A DNA stretch of 49,678 bases from Amoebidium appalachense. Taxonomy: Eukaryota; Protista; Ichthyosporea. Made by a program: the position numbers and the translations under genes. Shown here in pieces: positions 31,140 to 41,192 of this stretch. The notes below the pieces were generated by a model. The model did not search any database. It worked only from the letters and a program-made list of their open reading frames with translations, and was not told where the DNA came from. Location: assembly GCA_963693365.1 (NCBI GenBank), contig CAVNZM010000033.1:1-49678 (forward strand). Reading direction: 5' to 3'. Within the stretch, counting starts at the first letter, position 1. Each line of letters begins with the position of its first letter.

Positions 31140-32064
31140 TGTTGTAATACGTAGTATTTACATATGGTAAGATCTTCTCAGTTTGTGTTATGTTTCAGTT
31201 CATATGCTTAGTGTAAATGCCACACTCCTATTATGTAAAGTGTAGCATCGATCTCCGATATGCTTGTATACTTGTAATCGTGTTGTATCGGCTTTAATCG
31301 TGTATTGTAATATCGATTAGAATATTTATATGTGTGTACACGGATCCACCCACTCAGGGAGAGACGTGTACATGTTCGTGTGTACATAAATATCTCTGGT
31401 TATAGTTATGCTATTACTATCTTGTTTGTTGATCTGTGCTCTCTTTTCCTTCCTCTTTCTCCTTCCTTATTTTCTTTTCTTTCTCTCCTTGTCTTCATGT
31501 GTATAATCGTATTTCTTTTCTACTAATATATGTTAGGTAGATTTGTGTTACTTAATACGTGTTCATTGGACGGTAACACATTTAGGCTACACTTAGAATA
31601 GCATGTGTGTTTAGACTTCATTAATTCACTTTAGTTTTCATGTGTTGCCGGGCTTTAACCAATCATCAAGGTTAAGTGTGATATGTCTGAGTCTTTGCAG
31701 TATGTCATAGGTTAGAACTTCCTTGATGATGACACGAGTTGATCTTAACTAGTGTCTGTGTCCTATCGTGTACGCCTCCGCGTACCGGATCTCTCTGAAA
31801 GCAATTGGTTCTTAGTGATTGGTTTCTATTAGAGATGGATCTGATTTCCGACTGGTCGGAAATCATGTATGGATTGGACTTAGAGGAATTTCAGGTATTT
31901 ATTCGAAGATCAGAATAAATTCAGTTCAGTCGTGTCTAAACATTGATGTCTGTTGTGTACACTGCTCCGATCGTTCCGTGTTTTGTTGTTGTGTGTGTCT
32001 GTGGTGTTTTCACACTGCACCACTGTGTCTCTGCTTACATCCTAACTACTTATAAAAATTAACA
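31140..32064 (+). repeat. 3' LTR of Copia copy 2 (925 bp)
   Basis: Preceded by AAGTGGGGA and followed by TSD GTTTT. Confidence 0.97.
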
Positions 32065-33169
32065 GTTTTTCATGCCACGTTACTCAAAGGCAAACAGGGG
32101 GTACAAGGGGGGATTGAGCATGATTGACATGAACACGAGGCAGGCAACGGTCGTGCCCATAAAGACAAAGAGCTCAGGGAGCGGGAAGAACGAGCACCTC
32201 ACCATCAGCAACGGGCCGGAGATGCAGAGGGCTGTGCACAAAGCCTTAAAGACCATCAGGGAGATGAAGGACGAAAGCAACAAAGGGGAGGAAAACCTAC
32301 AACCTACAGAGGTCAAGCAGATCTTTACGGACAAGGGCACGGAGTTCCTCAGCAATACAATGAAAAAGTACTACGATCAACACGACATCACCATCCTCCC
32401 TCAAAAGCCAGGCCGAAAACCACGCAACGTGGCCATGGTAGAACGGTTCCATCGCACCCTAAAGCAAGGATTGAGCAAGTACATGGAGGCCAACGACACG
32501 GGCAAGTGGACGGGGGAAGGGTTGGAAAACGTGTTGGAGGATTACAACGACACGTAGCATGGTTCGATCGGTAGAGAGCCCAACAAGATGACCCAGAGGG
32601 CCGAACGGTGGAACAGCATCAACACGTGGCTGGAGAACAGGAAGCAAAAAGGTAAGCTACGTGCCAAGATGGGGCACACGGAGGGCGTGCACGTGCGTGC
32701 ACTCAAAAAGCCAAAGGGACCGTTTGAAAAGGAGGGAAGAAACTGGTCCAAGGACGTCTACACGCTCGCCTACAAGGATGCAAGTGGGTGGGCGCTACGC
32801 AACGCGGCTACAGGGGAGATGAGGAAACACACGCCAGGCCTACGCTACGCTTGGCCAGACACCATGCTAAAGAAGGTACCACCTACCAGCGTGTCTGTAC
32901 CGCCCAGCAGCGGGATGCGTGCAGCTCGCAAGGAGACAGCCAAGGAGAGGGCTCGCGAGGAGCTGGCGTTTGAAGGGCGCGAGCTGGTGCGCCAGAAGGG
33001 CACGCGTGCACAAGCCCAAAAGGAAAAGGAAAAACGAAAGGCACAGGAACTGAGAAAACTGGAGTTTGCCCACCAACAGGAGCAAACGGGTCTGCGTCGC
33101 AGTGAAAGGCGTGCACGCCGCTAGGTGTGACCTGCCCATTCTGGAAAAACCATCCGTCTTGAAAAAAAA

Positions 33170-33278
33170 ACAGAGACGCCCCACCAACCAGCCACCGCGA
33201 AAACTGGCCATTTTGGGATGATTGCGCAAACAGGGGACGCCCCACCAACCAGCGACCGCCAAAACTAGCCCAATTTGG
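33170..33278 (+). repeat. Two imperfect direct repeats with about 60-bp period downstream of the integrase
   Basis: GACGCCCCACCAACCAGC(C/G)ACCGC(G/C)AAAACT occurs twice. Confidence 0.8.
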
Positions 33279-33483
33279 TCGCCTTCCAAATCAGGCTAAT
33301 CCTCCATGTGCGGACCCCAGGCCCAGGTCCGGATCAGGCCCGTGCGGGTCGGTTCGGGCCGGCCTGGTCAGATTTGGGTCGCGTCGACCCGTTAACGACC
33401 CGGCCCGACCCGACCCGGGCTAATCTGGACCGGCCCGTGGCCCGCGAAATTTTCACAGCACACAGGTGCGGGACTGTGTGATC

Positions 33484-34029
33484 ATGGGGCTGGGCAGCTG
33501 CTGCGGGGTGTACAAGGTCACACAGGACAAGAGGAAGGCCGGAGTGGACACTGACAAGGTGCAGACACCAGCATGGGTGCTGGATGCACTCGAAAAGGAG
33601 TTTGGCGCACTCAATGACCCCTGCCCCATCACCTGGCGGGAGGGGGAGGACCCTTGCGCACTCACAGACGACGACGTGTGGTCCACCGAGAAAATAAACT
33701 ATGTCAACCCTCCCTTCTCTGAGATTCCCCCATTTTTACGCATGGCCATACGAATGTACATATCCAAGGGTAGAAAGAGCGTGCTGCTCGTGCCTGCACG
33801 CACGGAGGCACGCTGGTTCCATGACCTGGCCTTCAGGTACGCCGCAGAGATACGCATCCTGAGGGGTAGGATCAAGTTTGAGGGGTTCAAGAGGCCATCG
33901 CCAGAGGGCGTGTGCCTGCTTTTGTTCACAGAGCCTCAGCCTGTCGGTGGCCCGCGTGTAGTGTCGTGGATGCCTGAGGCATACCCGCGCAGCTCAAAGG
34001 CAGGGGCCGTGTTGGGGCTGGATTTCTAG
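33484..34029 (+). CDS. dam: Phage-type DNA N6-adenine methyltransferase (Dam, PF05869-like)
   Basis: QTPAWVLDALEKEFG..NDPC, catalytic YVNPPFS, VLLVPARTEARWF, EIRILRGRIKF. Confidence 0.88.
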   Translation: MGLGSCCGVYKVTQDKRKAGVDTDKVQTPAWVLDALEKEFGALNDPCPITWREGEDPCALTDDDVWSTEKINYVNPPFSEIPPFLRMAIRMYISKGRKSVLLVPARTEARWFHDLAFRYAAEIRILRGRIKFEGFKRPSPEGVCLLLFTEPQPVGGPRVVSWMPEAYPRSSKAGAVLGLDF

Positions 34030-34104
34030 CTTAATAACTAAGATCTACTAGTAGGGTCTAGATCATAAAAATGTGTGTTAGAGTGTATGTAGTGCGTGCA
34101 CACC

Positions 34105-34368
34105 ATGGCCAACACCTACCAAATCGTGCTGAACGACCAGTTTCAGCCCCTCACTGCGCGTACGTCAAACGCCACGCACACAGACTTTAGCTACTATGGC
34201 CAGCAGGCGATGGCACAGGCCGTTGCGGACAAGATATGCCCGCACGGTACCCGCCACCCCTTCTTCCTCAAACCAAGCACAATGGCAGGGTCTGCAGCAG
34301 GCCGATTTGCTCGCCCCAGACCCACCTTTGCGGCACTCAGGCGTGCACATGGCAGGCCCATGCACTGA
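34105..34368 (+). CDS. Small hypothetical protein (87 aa)
   Basis: CACCATGG start, preceded by an AAAAATGTGTG motif. Confidence 0.5.
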   Translation: MANTYQIVLNDQFQPLTARTSNATHTDFSYYGQQAMAQAVADKICPHGTRHPFFLKPSTMAGSAAGRFARPRPTFAALRRAHGRPMH

Positions 34369-34465
34369 CCGTTAGTGTACGTAGTAGGCCATGGCCAAGC
34401 GGGCAATTGGCAACCAAAAATAAAAATATTGTGCATGCATAAGTAAACGTGCAAGTCACGTCACC

Positions 34466-35047
34466 ATGGGGGTGTCATCGCAAGGCAGGAGCGGCAACAC
34501 GCGTGTCATCTACGTGCAGAACCGGCCAAACAAGGCCTCAGAGGTAGCCAAGTGGGTGGGGGCCCTGGCGGGCGGTGCTGCCTTGGGGGCAGGGGGGTAC
34601 TATGCATGGAAGCACAAGGGGGACATTGCGAGGGGGGTGGGCAACTACATGTACAACAAGGCTGCGGATGCTGCCACCTACACTGCAGGGAAGGCGGGGG
34701 AGGCGGGGGGGACGGTGTTCAAGGGCCTCAAGGGGGTAGCGCGTGCCACAGGCGATGCTGCCATGCAGGGCACGCAGCGTGCAGGGCAGGGCGCGCAGAA
34801 TGGTGCATTCAGTGCGTGGAAGACCCTGAGGAATGGCACGAGGGATGCGGGCAACTACCTGCTGCACAACACCCAGGATGCGTTGGGATATGGTCCTTAT
34901 AACTTGAATGCTGCAGGCACACGCACGGGAAACAGCTACGAGTGGAGAGGGGGCGGAGGGGGCGATGCGCAGGTGCTTGTCGGCGGTAAGCCCTACATCT
35001 GGCCGCCAGCCAGGTCGCCAAACGTATCGGGACGCGGCATCCTCTAA
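34466..35047 (+). CDS. Gly/Ala-rich protein with one hydrophobic segment (193 aa)
   Basis: CACCATGG start; WVGALAGGAALGAGGYYAW followed by amphipathic-looking G/A/K-rich helices. Confidence 0.65.
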   Translation: MGVSSQGRSGNTRVIYVQNRPNKASEVAKWVGALAGGAALGAGGYYAWKHKGDIARGVGNYMYNKAADAATYTAGKAGEAGGTVFKGLKGVARATGDAAMQGTQRAGQGAQNGAFSAWKTLRNGTRDAGNYLLHNTQDALGYGPYNLNAAGTRTGNSYEWRGGGGGDAQVLVGGKPYIWPPARSPNVSGRGIL

Positions 35048-35332
35048 TGGAACCTTCCGTTTATGGTAAGTGTGCAGGGAAAAACCGTTGGCGGGCGGTG
35101 CGAGCGGCCAATCAAATTTTGTAGAATTTGTTGACTTGCATTCCATTGGCGACTCCCCTGCGCTCCTATTGGACGCCTAGGGCAACAGGAGTCACCGAAT
35201 TTTGGAGCACGGTAGCGTGTGTGCACCGGAGGGCACAAAAGCCACCTGCAAACGTTCCTTCTTCAAACACTTTTTCTTATATTCTAAGCCACTCTAGCCT
35301 GGTCTTTTTGCAAGCAGCGAACTTTGGAAACC

Positions 35333-36481
35333 ATGGCAGACCTCTCCTTCCTGCCCCCTCTAGATCTAGACGATGCTGATGTTCTTGCTGCCGCCGCAGC
35401 AGCCATTTCTGTGCCAGCCCGCAGGCCTCCTCCTGGCCGCACCTTCTCCTGGCATCTCAAAGATTTGGATCTTGACACTGTTCTGCTGTGACCCTTCTAC
35501 GCATCCTACCGCACGCTTGCTGAGGGGTATGCAGCACAGCCCAGTGTTTCCGCCAACGCAGCGTCCTTCCTCCTCTCCGCCAAGAAAGGTGACTTCTTCG
35601 CTGGCTATGATGCAGGGGGCGAAGTCTACTTCCAAAAACGCTTCACGGGTCTAGATGACTTTGATGGGGCATGGCTCCCTGAGATGCTGGTGCGTGGTAC
35701 CATCTCTGAGCCTGCAGAACTGGCTGAACTGCACGGCAAGTCGCTTTTGGCAACACTCGCGTGCCGCAACGCCCTCATGCTCAAGGGGGTGGCTGCTGCT
35801 GTGGTAGACATCCTCCTACCGCAGTTCACAGAGCATGACAGATCCACTAGGCACAAGGTAGAGACAGACCCTCAGTTGGTTGGCGACTACATGCAGAGGT
35901 ACCTGGAGGAGATAGAGGCCAACTGGGAGCCCATCGTCGGGATGTGCAAGGCAGGACTCACTCCCCACAGGGAGAGAGAGGTGGCCCGCCACCTGGCTCG
36001 TGTTGTTGCTGGCTTCCTGCAGACCATGGTGGCCACTGCAAAGGCAGCCAAGTTGAAGTCCACGCCCCTCTTCAAAGGGGTCGCCATGGATGTCCTCCAT
36101 GACATGCAGGCATTGCTGCGTGGGGTTGCGAATGAGCGTATGTATGGTGCAGGTGAGAAGATTGTGTTTGCAGGGCTGATCAAGAAAAACATCCACAAGG
36201 AGGCACCATCACGGCGCAAGTCCGGCACGTTCATCGACATTGCCCCCAAGGAGAAGGAAAACCTTGCCCCCCTCCGCAGCAGCAGCACCAACAGCAACAC
36301 CCCCTACAACAACAACAACAACATCATGACGGTCGGTGCCCCCTACTTCTACGGTAGGACCCGGGTGCCTAACTTACTCAGTCCGTACCTCAGCGGCACC
36401 GCCCCTCAAGACTGTGAACCAAGGCTACATGGGCTAGTGCACAGGATAGGGGGGCAGTGCCCTAAACTTTGCCATTTTTAA
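35333..36481 (+). pseudogene. Hypothetical helical protein interrupted by an in-frame TGA at 35489..35491
   Basis: ACCATGG at 35333 (MADLSFLPPLDLDDAD...TVLL*PFYASYRTLAEG...) is in frame with ORF 35684..36481. Confidence 0.55.
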
Positions 36482-36541
36482 TTTTTTTAGTAAAGTACCT
36501 TAAAGTTTGAGCATGCCATGGCCTCATTAACATAGACACCG

Positions 36542-36970
36542 TTGTGATTTGTGTATACATAGTGGGCAGTGCCCTTTATTTTCACGTTTTTTTTCTTCTT
36601 CTTTTATACAAAGAATTGAACCGCCGGCAAAAATAAACTTTTGTTTTTTTACGAAAGTTCCAAGAAAAAAAACAGAGCACAAGCTGAAGACTACCATGGT
36701 GCATTGCACACGTGTGCCTGCACGTGTGCGTGTGTGTGTGCATGTGTGTGCATGTGTGTGCATGTGTGTGCCAAAACACTCTAACAAAAATCTATGAAGA
36801 TTTTAACGATAAAAAATAAAAAAACTTTGTGATCTGTGGATGCATTGGGCGGAGCCCTTTATTTTCACGTTTTTTTTTCTACAAAGAAAACCGACGGCAA
36901 AAAGATCCAAGGAAAAAAAACAGAGCACAAGTTGAAGACTACTATGGTGCATTGCACACGTGTGCCTGCA

Positions 36971-37013
<43 letters not shown>

Positions 37014-37096
37014 ATGTGTGTGTGTGCATGTGTGTGCATGTGTGTGTGCATGTGTTTGTGCATGTGTGTGTGCATGTGTGTGTGTGGGTGTGTGTG

Positions 37097-37153
<57 letters not shown>

Positions 37154-37164
37154 ATGTGTGTGTG

Positions 37165-37204
<40 letters not shown>

Positions 37205-37205
37205 T
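36542..37205. repeat. Two degenerate direct repeats (from about 36542 and 36828), each ending in a (TG)n/TGCATG microsatellite
   Basis: CCCTTTATTTTCACGTTTTTTTT...AAAACAGAGCACAAG(C/T)TGAAGACTAC(C/T)ATGGTGCATTGCACACGTGTGCCTGCACG is present twice. Confidence 0.85.
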
Positions 37206-37475
37206 CTAAACGTTGCTGTTTGGCCCGTGGGGTGGCTCTGCCACAACCACTTGGTAGACCTTCGCGGTCTCCGATGTTAAATCTCAAGTATCAATCTACT
37301 TAATAATTACTAGGCTAAGCCTGGCTGTGCCAGGGCAACGCCTCAATAAAGAACGGTATGCAAAATAACAAGCCTGTGCCTGTGCAATAAATCTCCAAAG
37401 CAAACATCTTGCAAAAAACAACGTCGGTACGTGTTTGTTTGTGTGTGTGTGGTCGCGGCGGCCGCCTGTGTACCT

Positions 37476-37685
37476 AAGGCGTCCAATAAGAGACCCAGAT
37501 AGACCGATCCGGGCGCTCATTGGACGCCTTGGGGATGGAATGTGCTGTCCTTAATGCTCATTGGACGCCTTGTGCGGCAATTTGCTTTTTTGAGCCGAAT
37601 TATCATTGGCCGCCCTGCGCATCCGTAATACCATTGGACGCCTTGTACATGGAATTCAGAATTCGAATTCTTATTGGACGCCTTG
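37476..37685. promoter_or_regulatory. Cluster of ATTGGACGCC(TT) motifs (CCAAT-box-like)
   Basis: Forward copies near 37519, 37560, 37605 (variant), 37633 and 37673, an inverted copy near 37478, and one further copy near 35168. Confidence 0.55.
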
Positions 37686-38094
37686 CGCAAACCTTCGCAT
37701 TCCTTTGATCCGCACTTGTGTACGCACCACATGTACGCGTACACGTACGCGTACACGTGTTCCGCCCTCTCTCTCTTTAATTGATTAATCATTTAGTTAA
37801 AACCACGTGCTCTGCACGTGTTTTACACACACACACACACACACAGTGTGTGCACGTGCTCATGTACATATATCCACCCATATCACATATATCCCATATC
37901 GCGATATGTGTACACAGATATCACATATCTCATATTCACATATCCCATATCCTAAGGGGTGCGGGACCGCGTGAATGTGACGTCACTTGTGACGTCACCA
38001 TTCACGGGGTGCCCCCTTATTGTAGTTTCATCTCAAAGCCAACCATTAAAATATATTGCATTAGTCCTCGATCTTCATTGGCCCACATCTATAT

Positions 38095-39069
38095 TTAGTT
38101 GGCCGCGGCGGTGGCCGTGGGGAGAAGGTAAGGTGCCGTCTCCGGGACGTCGACCATTTCAGTCACCCATGGGGCCGTGGCAGTGGCTGCTTCCGTGCCG
38201 GCAACAACAGGGGCCTCAGCAAAGCGCTTGCACAGTTTGGCTTCGGCAAGGGCAGGGTGCTTCTTGGTGTCGGCACAGAACGACTTGCACTTGGCCACGG
38301 GGATTTTGCACGCCTTTGCACTGCTCGCATTGCTGCACCAATAGGAGGGCCCCTTCATGCACTCGGCGCTGACCTTAGGCTGCTTCTTGCACAGAGCAAA
38401 ATCGGCAGCATTGTTGGTCTTGTCGAAACAGAAAGGACGGCACATGCTGGGAGAAACACCGCACTCCTTAGCCTGGGCCCAGGTCTTGCAGAAGTACGAA
38501 GGGTCGTTTAGGCACTTGGACGTGCACACATCACCGCTAGCAATATTGGCATATCCCTCGTTGTTCTTTGCGGCCGTGCAGTACTTCCCGCACTCTGTGG
38601 CCCACGTGAAGTTGCAGCTCTTTGCGTTTGCCTGGGACGAACACCAGTAGCTAGGGCCCTGGGTGCACTTGTTTGAGCCCACCATGGGCTTGGTGTTCTT
38701 GCAGATTTCGCTGTCCACGAGGTCCTTGTATTCAGTGGCGGCGGCAGCACAGTACTTTGCACACTCAGCGGTGTCCTGTGTTGTGGTATGTATGGTTGGC
38801 ATGGATGGTTGGCGTGTGTGGGAAACACAAAGCAAGGCTATGGGAAAAGGTACCCCTGCATTGTTGAGTACAAATAGACACTGTTTGCTTCCAAAAAAAT
38901 GAAGGGGCTCCATGAGGTTGTGATTTAGAGGGGAAGGGGGGGGGGGGGGGGGGGGGGGGGGGACACCACACACAGTAGACAGTGCAAGGGAGAAGAGAAT
39001 ATGCCTGAAGGAATTGAAACCTGGGCTGGCTCGAAATTTCTCTCTCTTCTTCCCATCAACCCCCCCCCC

Positions 39070-39107
<38 letters not shown>

Positions 39108-40412
39108 AAAAAAAAAAGAAAAAGTCCACACCGACACATCACCTTGTTCCACCAAATATTTGCACAGTCCCTCCAACCACATCATGAACCTCTTTCCTGG
39201 AAAAGCATGAAGCTGGAAAACTTACGAAGTTGCACTTCTTTGCGTTTTCATTGGAGGCACACCAGTAGGAGGGCCCCCAGGTGCATGGGTCACCGCCCAC
39301 CATGGGAACACTGCTGTTGCCTTTGCAAACCTCGCTGTTCTTCAGAGACTCCTGTGTGCAGTATTTCTCCTTGCAGTCCGTAGCGTCACCCTGAGGGAAA
39401 GGAGGATTAGTGTGTGTACGTGTGTGTGTTGTGTGTATGGTGCTGGTGGACCATGGTGGGGTGGGGGTGGGGGTGAGGATGGTGGTGGTGGTGGTGGTGG
39501 GGGGGGGAGGTGTTGAGGGGGAGGAGGGGGAAGGAATGATGGGGTGGCGTCTGGGGTAGTAGGCTGCGGAACGGGCAGGGTCTGGGGCAGGGTGGGGGGG
39601 GGGGGGGTCCTGTTGTACACGAGACTAGCTGCAGCTGTCGGGTATGCTGTATTGGTAGGCCACATAGGCGAGAGGAACCATACTCATATATATATAAGAG
39701 AATGGGAAGGTGGGAGAAGGAGGGGGGAGGTGGGGGGGGGAGGGGCAGGTGAGGAAGTAACTGCATGTGTGTTACTATCCCTACATAATAAGACTTTGCA
39801 TGTGTGAATGCCGCCACAAGGATAGTGCAAAATCATACGAGTGTGCAGCCAAAGTTGTCCCCGGAGAAAAACTGGGGGGGAAAAAAAAACAGGAAAAAAA
39901 GTGGGGGTCAAATCCAAGGGGCTGCTTACCTTCAGACACTTGTCCACGTTAGCCTGGCTGTCGCACCAGAAGCTCGGCCCCCACGTGCACGGGTCTGCGC
40001 CGGGCAGGGTGAAGTTCTTGCAGACCTCGCTCTTCTCCAGGCTGTACATCTTGTTGCTGCAGTACTTCCAGCACTGAGAGTTGTCCCCCTGCAACACACA
40101 TCACTCGTCAGTAAGAATTCACAAAGATGGAGGACACGTGTCTAGAATACAGGGGATACACGAGGAACAAAGGCAACCAACTGCACGCACCCAAATATCT
40201 ATTCAAACACACAGGCAACATGCACAAGCTCGCTTTGCATTTTCACCCACCTCCAGGCATTCCTTCACGGCAGCCTCACTGCTGCACCAGTAGGAGGGTC
40301 CCTGGGTGCATTTTTCAGCCCCAACAACAGGGGCGGTAGCGGTTGGGGCCGCGGAATCTGCGCCAAGGGCGACTGTCGCCGCTCCGGCACACACAAGAAG
40401 CTGCGAAAACAT
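38095..40412 (-). CDS. Host secreted protein with six saposin A-type repeats; four exons (40412..40251, 40088..39930, 39390..39226, 38775..38095), 388 aa
   Basis: Signal-peptide-like MFSQLLVCAGAATVALG; CTQGPSYWC, CTWGPSFWC, CTWGPSYWC, CTQGPSYWC, CLNDPSYFC, CMKGPSYWC; three GT-AG phase-0 introns keep the frame. Confidence 0.85.
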
Positions 40413-41106
40413 GTTTGCTAACAACGAGGGGGGAAAAAACACAGTACAACAAAACAAGTGGTGTGATTTCACCGATGAAAACTGCTCAAGTGGTGTTCAC
40501 ACTTGTGTTGTGCAAATTTATAGTACGTGACCGGTACGCATTTGATTGGCCACACCTAAAGTTAGGAGCCAATAGGAGAGCTTCGATGAGTTGCTGTGCA
40601 TTTTTTCGTAGACGATGGGACTTAACCGGCAGGGTACGAACTTTTAGTACACAAAGGCTCCAGAGCACGAGAATAGAACTTTCTACAGCTTTGGTTTCTG
40701 GAGCAATTATTGGGGGGTAAAAATTTATATATGTCATTAAATGACTAATAAGAAGGAAAATTAGTGAAATATTTCAAATATTGGCGCTAAATGCTACAGA
40801 ACGTCCTACCCCACCACCATGCGGTTCGATCGATGGAACTTGAGTGGAACAAACTTCGAGCCCTGGTTCCAGCAATAAATGTACGCCAATCAGAGTGGCC
40901 CATCTGAGGCGAAGTCATTCCTCGCAAGATCACTGAAACGACAACGTTCTGTGATTTCTATGACTAAGTTATGGTCTCTGGTTGAACCTCATAGATAAAT
41001 AATTATACATTGCAGTGAAAGATAGTCATTGCATGTACCGTTTTCGCTTTACAAATTTGGATATTTTTTCCACCATCCTGCACAGTTGGCAGCCGCTGCC
41101 ACAGTG

Positions 41107-41192
41107 AGGCGCTTTCCTGGAATTTACACTGCTCTGTCATTCTTTTGTACCCAACCAGGTGACTGCGCAGTGTAAATTCCAGGAAAGCGCCT
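41107..41192. repeat. 86-bp hairpin with perfect 26-bp arms
   Basis: AGGCGCTTTCCTGGAATTTACACTGC ... GCAGTGTAAATTCCAGGAAAGCGCCT. Confidence 0.9.

Larger units (their letters stand above)
25329..32064 (+). mobile_element. Full-length Ty1/Copia LTR retrotransposon, copy 2 (6736 bp)
   Basis: LTRs at 25329..26253 and 31140..32064, TSD GTTTT at 25324..25328 and 32065..32069; only scattered substitutions versus copy 1. Confidence 0.98.
25064..33124 (+). pseudogene. int: Polinton-type rve (DDE) integrase, split by Copia copy 2 and carrying a premature TAG at 32555..32557
   Basis: Removing 25329..32069 gives in-frame VAADLF-FMPRYSKANRGYKGGLSMID, then FTDKGTEF and VERFHRTLK. YNDT*HGSIGREP continues in frame into 32588..33124 (FEKEGRNWSKDVY). 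Confidence 0.92.
1..37950. mobile_element. Endogenous Polinton/Maverick-like virus (left end outside window; right end uncertain, between about 36.5 and 38.0 kb)
   Basis: Intron-less, gene-dense cluster with pPolB, packaging ATPase, major and minor capsid proteins and rve integrase. An intron-containing host gene begins at 38095. TIRs cannot be verified because only one end is present. Confidence 0.9.

Noticed and set aside
32588-33124. Separate gene or chromodomain after the integrase
   Set aside because: It is the in-frame integrase C-terminal region beyond a premature stop, and no chromodomain aromatic-cage pattern is visible.
35489-35491. Selenocysteine or alternative genetic code explaining in-frame stops
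   Set aside because: The interrupting stops are of all three types (TAG, TGA, TAA), and the same codons terminate other genes normally.
36582-37303. His/Thr- and Cys/Val-rich ORFs (also at 41652-43900)
   Set aside because: Translations of (CA)n/(TG)n microsatellites.
33465-37978. GGTGCGGGAC(T/C)G(T/C)GTGA at about 33465 and 37958 as direct repeats bounding a sub-element
   Set aside because: Short, with two mismatches and no other support; cannot be separated from chance.
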